DNA of 64,000 nucleotides from positions 82,398,001 to 82,462,000 of the forward strand of contig NC_135655.1 of the NCBI RefSeq assembly GCF_964188315.1, in the 5' to 3' direction. This stretch comes from Podarcis muralis (taxonomy: Eukaryota). The notes beneath the pieces are model-generated. The model saw only the letters and a list, made by a program, of their open reading frames with translations. It did no database searches and was not told the origin of the DNA. Below are positions 1 through 12,120 of the stretch, piece after piece. Made by a program: the position numbers and the translations under genes. The first letter of the stretch is position 1, and every line of letters begins with the position of its first letter.

Positions 1-137
1 AATTTGCGCCCCCTAACCCATGGATTTGCGCCCGCTAACCTGTGGATTTGCGCCCCCTAACCCGTGGATTTGCCCTAACCCCAGATGTTGCGCCCGGTGC
101 GGCCGGCACCCCCTGCACCCCCCACGCTACGCCACTG
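1..137. mobile_element. Right end of a hAT-type MITE with internal 22-bp tandem repeats; the left end lies outside the window
   Basis: Ends ...CTACGCCACTG (reverse complement CAGTGGCGTAG), the same terminus type as the TSD-flanked MITE at 50639-50978. About 3.5 copies of ATTTGCGCCCCCTAACCCRTGG at 2-85. Confidence 0.6.
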
Positions 138-702
138 TTTCCATGTAAAAACCTACATTTAACCTTCTATTTCCCCCCCACTCCTGGTGCTTGATTTGTT
201 TGTGCGGTCTAAGTGCGAATTACCTTTCTTAAGCTGCAGCTTGTTCCCTTGCCCAGCATGTGCCCCCAGCGAGGTCTGAGTGTGAGTGTGGTTCCGTCTT
301 TCTTTCTCCCTCGTCTCCTCACTTTCCTTCCCCTGCCTCTGCCTTGGTGGCTGTGCGTTTTATTTTAATTTTTGGCCAGGGTGCTTGTACGTTTCCCCCT
401 CTATTGCCCTTGCCTGTCCGATTGCATGGCTGGTCTGGGTGACTGAGTGGGTTTGCCTTACATTTTAATTTGTTGGCCAGGGAGCTTGTGCGTTTTCCCC
501 CTCCATTATCCTTGAGAGCCTGGATAGTCCTTGAGAGCCATATTTTAAAATCTAGCTGCCCAACATAATATCAGAAAAGCAGCATAATAAAGCCACCAAG
601 GCCAGGCCACACAATCAGATACTCAGACACAATTTGTTCCTGAAAAACAAGGCAGAAATATAGTTCTTACAGCCAGTAATGGAACCTACCTAAGATCACA
701 TG

Positions 703-706
<4 letters not shown>

Positions 707-745
<39 letters not shown>
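707..745. repeat. (TG)n microsatellite
   Basis: Direct reading. Confidence 0.98.
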
Positions 746-750
<5 letters not shown>

Positions 751-1379
751 TACTGTTTACTTGATCTAAAGAACAACAACCCTTTAATCTAAAATATTCA
801 TTAGAAAAATAGTGTGTTCCAATCACAGTGATTTAAGGGAGAAATAAACAGTCGTTCTTCATGTGGAGCAACCTTGTCCTACATTTTGGGTGTGAGAGAA
901 CAGTGAAAGCAGAAAGCAGAGTGATAGCACTCTTGGGGTGGCTTGTTTCTTTCCCAAGTGCTCTTTTTGCTAACAGAAAATTAAAAATCACAGCCTTCTC
1001 ATTCTTTCTCATTCAGCTTGGGTGTCAAGGCTTCAGTGAATCCTATCACTCGCACAGCAGCAGCAAAGAAGCAGATAAAAGAAGAGTTCTTAGCAATTAG
1101 TTTATTCAGTAATCACAGCGAGAGACAAAATAATGCATCTCTCTCCTAGAAATGGCATTGTTCCAAGTAACGTCCCGTCCCGTCCCCCCTTCATCTCTCT
1201 CTTTTTTTAAAAAAATAATATTTATTGAGTTTCCAAAAATTTAAACACTACAAACAAAAAACAAAAAAACAAACGAAAAACAACACAATACAATACAAAA
1301 ACACTACAAAACACTACAAAAAGACAAATAAAACAAAACAAAGACCATTTACAACCTTTATTCTTACTCTTACATCATC

Positions 1380-1898
1380 TTAACATTCATACAATTTACA
1401 ATGTTTTTGTAGATAGTCCTTAAATTTCTTCCAATCCTCTTCCACCACTTCTTCTCCCAGGTCACGGATTCTGCCAGTCATTTCTGCTAGTTCCATATAG
1501 TCTATCAGTTGCATCTGCCATTCTTCCAGCGTGGGCAAGTCTTGAGTTTTCCAGTGTTTAGCTATGAGTATTCTTGCTGCTGTTGTTGCATACATGAAAA
1601 ATGTATAATCCTTCTTTAACACCCTCTGGCCGACAATGCCCAAAAGCAAGGCCTCTGGTTTCTTAGGGAAGGTATATTTAAATAGCTTTTTCAACTCGTT
1701 ATATATCATTTCCCAGAAAGCCTTAACCCTAGGGCAAGTCCACCAGAGGTGAAAGAACGTTCCTTCAGTTTCTTTACATTTCCAACATTTGTTATCAGGC
1801 AAATGGTATATTTTTGCAAGCTTGACTGGGGTCATGTGCCACCTGTATATCATTTTCATAATATTTTCTTTTAAGGCATTACATGCCGTGAACTTCAC
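1380..1898 (-). pseudogene. L1 ORF2 C-terminal Cys-rich (CCHC) domain fragment
   Basis: KCWKCKETEGTFFHLWWTC, PEALLLG and YATTAARILIAKHWK are typical L1 ORF2p C-terminal motifs. Confidence 0.9.
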
Positions 1899-2182
1899 AC
1901 CGGTGGTCCATAACCTTTCCCAGTCTAAAGCCGTATAACTTCATTCCAACTTTGTTCTAACATTCATTAATTTTGCAATTTTTCTATAATTAGTCTTTAA
2001 ACTTCCAGTCTTTTTCCATCAGCTCTTCTCCCTGGTCTCGGATTCTGCCGATTCTCTCAGCCAACAAAAAGCAGATGATTCACAACAAAATTTAGGGGTC
2101 TGGCAGGGCAAATCCACCTCCTTCTTTAGCATCCGTTAATATCTTAAATTTTACTCGAGGCTTCCTGCCCTGCCAACCAAAT

Positions 2183-2884
2183 CTAGAGACGTCCCTCTGC
2201 CACCTCCTGAGACAATCCCTCCCATCCAAAGCTTGAAATGTTTGAAACAAAAGCGACATCCCCGACATCACAGCAACCCTCGTCCCCACCACAGCAACTC
2301 GGCCCAGCAATAACAACTTCCAATTTGACCCTATTTCCAAATCCCCCTTCAAGCCAACATCCTTCACAGTTGCCCTTGAATAGATTCACATTTCTGGCGG
2401 TCATACTAACCCCCAAATACCTCCCTTTCTCAACCAAAGTTAGTCCTATCTCCTCCTGAAACTCTATCAAGCTTTTCTTTTCCTCAGGTAGGGCTCTGAT
2501 CCTCAATTTCATCTGTTTCTCTTTAAGTTCAGTCATAACAAGTGTCAGCTTGTATTCCTCAAGTTGTCCTTGTGTGAATGGGACTCTCTCCAGTTGAGTT
2601 ACTTTAACTTCAGCAGCAAGGGTTTCCTCCTTAACTTCATCCGCAGTTTGCCGTATCAGGGTAGATTCCTGTATCAATTTCTGGGTGGTTTCTGAATTGG
2701 TATTCACCTTTTGTCCCAGGTTATTTAAACTTTCTGCCATCAAGTCAATTTTAATATTTACAGCATCCACTTTCATATTTATCACATCTGTTTTCTTCTG
2801 AAGCTGTTCCAGCGAGTCATTTATTTTCACTAATACAACCGCTAAGGCCTCTTCTGGCGACATTCCATCTTTCCCATCTGCCAT
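2183..2884 (-). pseudogene. L1 ORF1 N-terminus fused in frame to an ORF2 fragment
   Basis: ATG at 2884 (MADGK...), heptad-rich coiled coil, RIRALPEEKK joined at about 2470 to ...EKGRYLGV. Confidence 0.75.
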
Positions 2885-4696
2885 AACACTCAATAGATTC
2901 AAGGTCAGTCTCACAGTCTCACAATTTTTATCTTACAGCTGGAAATTTCCCAGCCCAGATCTTATATAGCTGCCAGTTTCAAGAACTTCCACTAGAGGGA
3001 AACAGTTTCTATTTGTATTGATAAATAATATCCTCTTATAAGCACAGTTCAAATGACCCAAAACTAGTTTCAATTTTCAGTTACTTTCACTGCTGGAGAC
3101 AGTAGAAACAATGTGTCTTCTCTTATGCTAACTGTCAATGAATGATCCAAACGCTGTCAATAAACATCCCACCAAACGTCAGACCTACTAGCAGCCCGTT
3201 CCCAGGGTCCGAGCGGTGGTATTTTACCTCTCTTGGTCTCTTCCGCAGGCAAACTCAGTCCACAACTCCCCCCCCTTCTCCTGCCTCCAAGGGAGGGATT
3301 GTATTCTTTACTTATGAAAATTTAGTCTTTTACAAAAAGCTTTCCAAGACTTCAGCTTGCAGCCTCAATTGCTTCAGACTGTTTACAAAAAGGGAAGGCG
3401 GACTTCCTGTATTGAACCTTCCCCGTTTTGATGCCAAATTAGACGTTTTTAAAATCCAATTTTCCCGATTAAGCTCTACTCACGGGTAGTTACTTTAGAG
3501 TCAAATTGTCCACAGGAAAAAGTCAGCGCTCTCCGACAACAGCTATGCGGCTTCGCTCTGTGGAAGAAGCAGATGATTCGAAGCACCGCGCCACTCACCC
3601 CACGTCGCTCCGGATCCCCGAAACTGGGTTTCCCCGTGAGTGGGGGAGGCGCAAAAGGTGCCCGCCGAATCCCACGCTCACAGGCTTCTCCCGCCTGTGA
3701 TTTTTAACGGGTCTCCGCCTTCGCCGTGGCGGCCAGACCCAGATTTCCACGGAGCTGATTCCTCCTGATCAGAGGAATCCAGCCATTGCCGGAGGCGCCT
3801 CCCCGGAAGTCCCCCCTTCATCTCTCTCATACTACATCATGCCTGTGCCAGTTGGTCTGGGCTTTTTGTCTCTGAGCTTTATGTTTGGCTACTCTCACAG
3901 CACTCCTAATCCTGGGGGAGGGGGCTCAGGAATGCTCTCCAAAGACACAGTGTCTGTTGGCTGCCTCTCTCCTGGTGCTTCTCTTTTGTCCTGCTAGTAT
4001 TTCCCAGCTTCTGTTCTCTGCAGCCTGTGCCCTTCTGCAAAGCACTGTTCTAAATCTACACTGTCCTCCTGTCCTCAGGAAGGTTCAGAAGAAGGGGGAC
4101 AGCCCCCACCATTCCTCCTCAGTTCAGCCCCTGACATTGTGTGTGGGTGCTCAGGTTCAAGTGTCTTGGATTCTCATGGATTCCAGCTGGTGGACTCAGG
4201 CTCAGAAGAAAAATTTTCAGAAGGAAACACACCAATCTATGTGGTGATTTCCCCCATGAAGAAGTGGGCTTCTGTGCTCATATCCCTGGCTACACAAGAA
4301 CCTCTGAACCGTTGCTTTTTGTTTTTACCAGCCCTGATAACTGGGTGTCACCAACAATGGCAAAAGGGGAAGGTTTCTAGGGGGAGAAAGGAAGCAGTAA
4401 TACTGTTTATGTTAGACTAAGAGAAGGAAGAGGGGGGAACCTGAGCATAAGAATGTAGGAGAAGCCCATAGGAGGGTCCTATGATGAACCAGGCTCCTGA
4501 TTTCTGGGGACAAAGGGCTCACAAAGTCTACTTTTAAACAAAGATGGTCTGGGATTCTGAGGAACCTCAAAAGGGATGAGTTTGAGGAAAGACTGTAAAG
4601 TGTAACAGGATCAAAGAGATTTTAATAGATACTTTAACAATGGGTACAGAAAGTTATCTTACCAAATCAGTTTTATCTCAAATGAAGTTTGACTAC

Positions 4697-5635
4697 TCAA
4701 CAAGCAAAGATCTTTCTGCCGATTGCCCTTTTCACAGCTTCCTTCACTTCCTTGTTCCTCAGACTATAAATCAAAGGGTTTAGCATAGGGATCACCAGTG
4801 TATAAAACACTGAGATAATTTTGTCTTGGTCCATTGTGTAGCCCGAGGTAGGCCGCAAATACATAAAGATCAGAGTTCCATAGAAGATAGTGACAGCCAT
4901 GATATGGGATGCACAGGTAGAGAAGGCTTTGCGCCTACCCTCAGCAGAGTTGATCTTTAAGATGGTGGTGACAATGGAAACATAAGACACTAGGACAATC
5001 AAGACAGTACTCATGACAACTATTGTGGACAAGGTAAAATGAACAATGTCTGTACTGTGGATGTCAGAGCAGGACAACTTCAGGATTGGAGGGATATCAC
5101 AGAAGAAATGGTTAATTACATTGGAGCCACAGAAAGACAAACTAAATATAAAAATTGTCTGTGCAGTGGAGTTCACAAAACCAGTTATGTATGACAAAAT
5201 GACAAGCAAGATACAAAGTCTCTTGGACATTGCGGTGTGATAAAGTAATGGATTGCAAATAGCTACAAAGCGATCATAGGCCATCACACCCAAAAGACAA
5301 CATTCATTGGTTACAAAGATACAGAAAAAATAAAACTGCACAGCACACTCAATGAAGGGAATGGTTCTGTTTTCAGATACAAAGGTCATGAGCATCTTAG
5401 GGGCAATGACTGTTGAATAACCAACATCTACAAGAGACAGGTTACTGAGGAAGAAATACATTGGAGTCTGAAGTCGGGCATCAATCCGGATCAAAATAAT
5501 CATACCAAAGTTCCCCACCAGGGTGGTGATATAAATACCAAGGAACAGCACAAAAAGAGGAATCTGAAGCTCTGGGTGATCCATAAATCCCACAAAGATG
5601 AATTCTGTCACACTGGTATGATTCTTTCTTTCCAT
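4697..5635 (-). CDS. Olfactory receptor, class II (OR5/8/9-like), intact, 312 aa
   Basis: N-glycosylation site NHT; motifs [49 protein letters not shown]. Polypyrimidine-CAG acceptor about 20 nt upstream of the ATG. Confidence 0.97.
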   Translation of the reverse strand: MERKNHTSVTEFIFVGFMDHPELQIPLFVLFLGIYITTLVGNFGMIILIRIDARLQTPMYFFLSNLSLVDVGYSTVIAPKMLMTFVSENRTIPFIECAVQFYFFCIFVTNECCLLGVMAYDRFVAICNPLLYHTAMSKRLCILLVILSYITGFVNSTAQTIFIFSLSFCGSNVINHFFCDIPPILKLSCSDIHSTDIVHFTLSTIVVMSTVLIVLVSYVSIVTTILKINSAEGRRKAFSTCASHIMAVTIFYGTLIFMYLRPTSGYTMDQDKIISVFYTLVIPMLNPLIYSLRNKEVKEAVKRAIGRKIFAC

Positions 5636-7347
5636 CTATGTTCCTTTGTTCTCCACTGAAAGAGAGAAGGAGCATTTGCAATTAAATGAGCACCAACATT
5701 AATAGTTCTTCAAGACAAGTTCATGCACACTTGCTTGGTCCACCATTTTTGAATAATGCCAGCCCCTTCTTTGATGACTGCATTCCAAATGCCTACTGTG
5801 TGATGCACCTCAATAGGTTCCACAACACTTAACAGTAGCAGTTTTGTTCCTTCCACTAGAGCAGGGATGGTCCTAGTGGTACAGTCCCCCAACACTTTAT
5901 TCTACCCAACCCTATCAAAAAAGGGGGGTTAAGTAGACATGGTACAGGGGTAGGCAAAGAAATTTAAATCTCTTCATCCAACCCAGCATCCAGATTGATC
6001 ATTTGATTGAGCATTGATAACCACCCTCTCTGCACAGATTAGTTAAGGAGAGGCTGTGCATGTGTCCTCAATGTCCTGCATCTCTCATGCACATAACAGC
6101 AGGTGTAAGAGCATGGATGTCCATGCCCATCACTGGCATGCACCCCTCAGAGGATTGGCCAAGGTTGACTGTTACCCTCAGGTCAAAACAAAATAGCCAC
6201 TGCTCCACTAGAGCCTCAAGCATCACACCTAACTCCAGTCTCCAGTACTATCGGTTAGCTGCAATGAGTCTTCTTTCTGAGTAAATATTATTGGGATGGA
6301 ATGGTAACATCATTTTACTGATATGAGGCAAGTCAGCAGAAAGGAGAAGGGAAATTAAGTTCTCTTAAAAAGTCAGTGAGAGGCTGTTTCTCTAAATACT
6401 GCATGTTGGAGTGAAGAACAGGGGAGGTCTACCACAGGCATGCCTTGTTTGTGAGCTTCTGAGAGGCATCTACCTGGTCACTGTTTGAAGCAATATGTTG
6501 GAGCTGATGGTCCTCTGATCTCAGCCAACCAGGTCCTTCTTCTGTTCTACATTTCCAGTACCTTAAAAAATGTTCAATACATTGGATAATATGTTGTATC
6601 CAATGTTTCTCTTTTTCATAATTGTTTTACATATAGAAAGTTCAACAGATGTTTTATGTTATCAGCCTGAGTGATGTTCTTAATACACAAGAAGGGTGTA
6701 GTATAAACGTTCTGATCCAAAAGAGGCTTCCACGAACAGAAAAAGGGTGGGAAGTGATTTTCAGAAATCTCCCATGCATGCCCCTTTGCCTTCCAAAACT
6801 CTGCTCCTAAAGATTGGGGGGCACCCCAAATCAGCACTGTAAGTGGTAGAGAAGGTTGCAGGGAGAAATAGAAGGAAACTGCTTCCATTAGTTGAGGCTT
6901 CTGCTAAATCAAAGAGCCTTCTGCAAATGGAAGTGCATGAGCGGATATACCCCATTGTTTTTGTTGGTATTATGTATCCATGTATCCTGCCAATAGGCAT
7001 TCCGAGCAAGCTTTAAGTAAGGACATATGAAAAGACTGCTTGAACATGCCAGTCACCCATCTGGTCCAGCATCCTGTTCTCATAGCGGTCAACCAGATGG
7101 CTGTTGGAAGCCAAGAAGCAGGTCTTGAAGGCAATAGCACTCTCTTATTTGATTCCCAGCAACTGGTATTCAGAAGCCTACCACCTCTCTCAGTGGAGGT
7201 ACATACAAACCTTTCCACTCCTTATATCCAAAGAAAAATAAGAAAACTGTGCCTTGCCTTGAAAAGTTTATGGAGCAACAGAAAGGAGATGGGTAGATTC
7301 CCACACTGGATGAAACTAGGAAGAATCATTCTGACATTATACAGAAG

Positions 7348-7385
7348 CACAAATCCTCAATTGAAGCCCATTAATTTCTCATTAA
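7348..7385 (-). promoter_or_regulatory. Candidate OR promoter block (homeodomain TAAT sites) upstream of OR 4697
   Basis: Minus strand TTAATGAGAAATTAATGGGCTTCAATTGAGGATTT; a 38-nt block matches 21944-21981 with 5 mismatches. Confidence 0.45.
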
Positions 7386-8334
7386 CGTATAGTACTCTGA
7401 AAGAAACACCCTACTGAGACATTTTGTACAAAAACAAAATTGGGCACAGGCCTGGCTAGGAAATAGGTGTCCTGACTGTGACAAAGGTGACCTGTGTGCT
7501 TGCTTGCTTGCTTGATTAACAGCTGTTGGGAACTTCAAGGTCCCTGCTCTCCCTTCTTATGGTCTTTGTACTGGACCTGGAGACTCCAGTAGAGAGCATC
7601 CCATGTCAAGAGCATTCCATGTCAAGAAGGAGGGCAAGTCGGCACCCTATCAAATGACAGGGCAGGAGCTACATGGAGCAGGGCCTTTTCACTGGTGGTG
7701 CCCATTGCATGCCTCGCTCTTCCCAGGCCTGTTATCTTTTGGCCTGTATTTTGGAGCTTTATAATTTAGGAAGACTTTGGAAGAACTGGTTGACAAGTCT
7801 TATCAGTTGCTGACGTATGAGAGGAGTTTATTTGCTGTTATTCTGGGTTCCTGGTGCACCAGGGTTTACACCAGCGTAATAGAGTTGGCCAGGATGAAAG
7901 AAGGGATACAATTTATGAGCTTTCTCCATTATCTGCACAGCAGGGGATGTTTAGTCAACAGTGCAAAGGCTGAGCTGAAGTGCTCCCTGCTGGTTACCTG
8001 CTTTTAGCAATAGAGGTCGCTGTTTGGTTAGCTGTCGGATTCTAGAGCTCCCTATTGGTGGCTCTTAGGTAATTCATAAAATACAGAGTCCATTCATAAA
8101 ACAGTGTTCATTCATAAAGCAGTAACATAAATCTCCATTGCTACATAACAAGTCCTTGAGCCTGTACTCTGAATAGTGACACCAGGGACCTAGAAGGTGC
8201 AGGGCTTGTCAGTCCAACCCCTGCATTGTCTCATCAGGGCTGACCTTAAGGCAATTGGAGCAATTTGGCCAAATCGGGTCCTGCGTGCCGCTCCTAAGAG
8301 GGCCCCCACACCAGGGCAACCTAGATGGATTTTC

Positions 8335-8698
8335 GGAGCACAATTCAAAGTGTTGGTGCTGACCTTTAAAGCCCTATACAGCCTCGGTCCAGTATATCTG
8401 AAAGAGCATCTCCACCCCCATCGTTCTACCCGGACACTGAGGTCCAGCGCCGAGGGCCTTCTGGCAGTTCCCTCACTGCGAGAAGCCAAGTTACAGGGAA
8501 TCAGGCAGGGGGTCTTCTCGGTACATCTCCCACCAGATGTCAAAGAGAACAACTACCAGACTTTTAGAAGACATCTGAAGGCAGCCCTGTTTAGGGAAGC
8601 TTTTAATGTTTGATGCATTACTGTATTTTAATATTTTGTTGGAAGCCGCCCAGAGTGGCTGGGAAGGCCAGCCAGATGGGTGGGGTATAAATTATTAT
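8335..8698 (+). mobile_element. L2-clade LINE 3' fragment
   Basis: QFKVLVLTFKALYSLGPVYLKE...LRSS...FRRHLKAALFREAF C-terminal signature, followed by the ...GAAGCCGCCCAGAG...GGGGTATAAATTATTAT tail. Confidence 0.85.
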
Positions 8699-8789
8699 AT
8701 TTGGCTGTGAACTAAGGCCCTACAAAAAAATAATCAACTTGCACCCCACTGCTTCAAATTGGGCCCCACTGGCTACCCCTGAGTCTCTT

Positions 8790-9137
8790 AGCTGCTGGGC
8801 CTGAGTCGCCCTGCCCTTGCATGAAGTCTTGGGTTTGCAATTTTGGGAGAGGGGAGACTGCCCACTGGGGAGCGGGCAGGCTGGCGAGGCGCCCTAGATT
8901 TAGAGGCCCTAGGCTTCAGACTACTTGGCCTATACATAAATCCGGCACTGCCCCCTGGTACTTTCTCCTTCTCTCCCATTATTTCCCAACTTTCCCCCTC
9001 ATCTGCCTTTGAGCTGTGACCTCCCTCAAACCCCTGTTGTAATTCTAAACTGTCTTCCTCTTCCTTCTCCCTGGAAGGGTCAAACTGGGGAGACAGTCTC
9101 CACCATTCCTCCTCTGCCCAGTCTCTGACACGGTCAC
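8790..9137 (-). mobile_element. Degenerate LTR-like fragment (probably Gypsy)
   Basis: Starts TGTGACC on the minus strand; acidic Trp-containing reading frame similar in character to the LTR at 15452. Distal end and TSD not resolved. Confidence 0.35.
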
Positions 9138-12120
9138 ATTCATAGGAAAATGATTCCAAAATTGTCAGCACATTTTACAACTGTATCTTCCTCAACCACC
9201 CAAAAGCCTCGCTTGAAAACAGAGAGCAATGTTTGAGAGTAATTGGCACAATGGAAACACCTGGCTGAAATACTTTGTTTCTAGTGACACTGTTCTCTGC
9301 TGCCCTCGTAGAATATATTTCAAAGATAAATACTGGAAATGAATCCTCTTTGTCAGTGGTTTTAACACCTGGAAGACTGCTTTGGAGAGCAAAAATAGTA
9401 CTGTGAATACAATAGCTGCCATAGTATAGCAAACAGTATGGGAAGATCACAAATAGAGGTAAGAAATGGGGAAAGAGATTCACACCCTATTTGTTACTGA
9501 GCAGATAGGAATTATTTCACCAATATGGTGGAATGCATGGGCCAGCCCTCATGTGGCTAGAAAACAAGTTTGAAGATGGAATAAAACACTCTTCTGCATT
9601 CACCATTCTGGGTTGTTTTTTTTAAGCTACTGAATGTGGCTCTAAGCAACAATGCGTGCACACGCACACACACAAAGATGTGCAGGTGTGTTGTAGTGGG
9701 GCATGGATTACAATACATGTTATGATAGTTTGCTGCACACATGCACATTACAGCAAAATTTACGGGGCCCCACAAAGATAAATTTACTGGACATGACCCT
9801 GGAAGGCATTAAATGCACAAAAATCTGTGGTAAAATGTGCATGTACAGGGCACTGTGCAACATTCAGAAATACAAACAATAAAGTATAAAACAGTGGGGA
9901 AATTCTCCAGTTCTGAAATTTTAAAACCTGAGGAGAAATTTAGATGAGAAACACAGAGGCACCCCAGTATATCGGTTGCTCCGTAACATCCTTCATTGAA
10001 TTAATGTGATGCTGCTTGGCAAATGGCCTTCAAACCAGCAGCCCAGTCCTCCCCACGTCTTTAACTCTCATTGAGTTCTGCTTAGAATTGCAGTGTTACT
10101 ATAGTTAGTAAGTGTTACTAAAGTTAAACTCTTTTACATTCCATGTTACATTCCATTTTACCTGCCCCATTGAAATAAGCTGAAGCTATGTTTGAAATAC
10201 ATCCTACCTTTTTTTAAAAAAAAAAATCTTAATAATGACCATGTAATTTATAATATTGTATAACTGCAAAATACCAACATGATGTCCATACAAGGATGCA
10301 ATACTAATCCGGCATTTCTATTCTTACTACTTATTTATTTCTAAAACAAATAATATGTGGTACTCCCCTCCTTTGCCATCTACCTCCTTTGTCCCATTTG
10401 CTACTGAAAAGTTTTAAGTATCAATAGAAATATCCATATAATGTTTCTAATCCAGGAGTTTTACACAAATGTCGAGCTGGGATACTTACAGAAGTAGGAC
10501 TAAATCAAGTTCAACCTAGCACTAAGCAAATTGTTCTACTAGCAAAAGGATTTCTCCCTGTACATTGGAACACTCTCCCCATCTGTTCCCTCTGTTAGCT
10601 CCCTATATCTGTTTTGGATTTCTTCCAACCCCCCAGCACCGATTTCGGGATGACATGGAGGAAGGAAAGTCCCATTGCGCTCGTGCTAATCCTTGTATTC
10701 AAATATTTAGTTGACTACCACCCCTAATATTTCCAATTTAGTGGAACATTGTACTCAGTGCAATGATAAATGACTTCAAGGTTGTTCTTAAGAAATGAAA
10801 TGAGAATAAGTATTATTGCAATCTATTTGATTGTAGCTTCCCACTCCTGCTTGCAGCTCCCCCTGCTCCTGTAGCAGAAATATTCATATAGAACATACAT
10901 AAAGCATCCCTGACTATTGGCCATGCTGGATCAGGTTGAACACAGCTGGAGTCCCACACTCTCTGAAGAGCCACAGGTTCCCTGTCCTTGTTTTAGAAGA
11001 AAAGATATCCCTGTGTTACAATGAGTCTGGGAAGATAGCCAGCGGTAGGTGAAGGAAGCCTGAGTAAAATTTGTTTGAATGATTTCTACAAGCATCCTCT
11101 TCTGGCAATTGACCCAGCCCTCTCACTTTCAACTCCCTTTCAAGAAAGCTGGAATAAATTAACTTACCCAGGAAGAGTGTCTGTTCTCAAAATATTCCTG
11201 CACAATACAGCATAATGTGTTATTTCCATGAGGCATTTGTATTTGATATAGTTTAATGGTTAGCTGAGGATGCGATTCGGAACAATATGAATTTTGGATG
11301 AGGCACATGATGCTCTTCGGTTATTGTTCATGCCTTCGGGACCTAATCACATGACTGCATGCCTCCTCCAAAGATTATTACACATCACCTTTAATGAGTT
11401 TCAAAGAAAACTCATGAACTGATGAAATAGATTGACTTTTAAAGATCTCTAACAAAGAGCACATTTTCACCAATAATGATTCCTGAGAGTTAGTAATGCT
11501 AGCAATTATCAATCTTGTTTTACTCAAGTTTAAGTCAATCATCAGTCAGCCAATTTCTAATGTTTTAATCATAGATGATTTTAACTCAGATGATTTTGGG
11601 ACTCATGAGAAAGATACCCTTACCCCTTAATATCCCCAATTCATCTTGTTTTTCTCTGCAGAAGAGAGCCACCTGATGATACCAGATGGATGCAGAGATT
11701 TGCATAGGCATTGCTAGGATTTCATTGCTCTTACTCAGCTAAGTGAAACTAGTGCAAGGCTAGAACCTAAAGTTGCAATCCTGCTCACAGATATTGCAGC
11801 TGAAATCAATGAGAGCTTACTTTTGCAAAGGCGTATAGAAAATATCATCAATCAGGTGGCCATGGACCTTCTCTGCTGCCCACAGGTTGCCCTTTTGGGC
11901 TTGAAAGAAGCATCCTATTTTGACCAATAGGATAAGATGCATTGTGTGCTTGGTGTGTGTGGCGCTCATGACAATTTTCCTGATTTGCAAATGTACCCAA
12001 GAAGGTTGCCAGTCCCTGGCATATAGGAATTGTGAAGAAAGCAATCCAACCATCTCTGCTTACTATATAACTGTAGATCCTATATATATTCACCTGTAGA
12101 AGAGACCTTATCTGGGCTAA

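Larger units (their letters stand above)
1202..3808 (-). mobile_element. Internally deleted, chimeric L1 (LINE-1) with both termini
   Basis: Identical 20-bp flanks GTCCCCCCTTCATCTCTCTC at 1182-1201 and 3809-3828. 5' end reads ACTTCCGG...CAATGGC; 3' end is AATAAA plus T7A7. Contains the ORF1 coiled coil with LRIRALPE, post-RT ORF2 motifs YLGV and GGGFALPD, and the Cys-rich C-terminus CWKC..H..WTC. Confidence 0.9.

Noticed and set aside
1-90. Interstitial telomere or CRISPR-like array
   Set aside because: There are no contiguous (TTAGGG)n runs and no unique spacers; it is a head-to-tail 22-bp repeat inside a MITE in vertebrate DNA.
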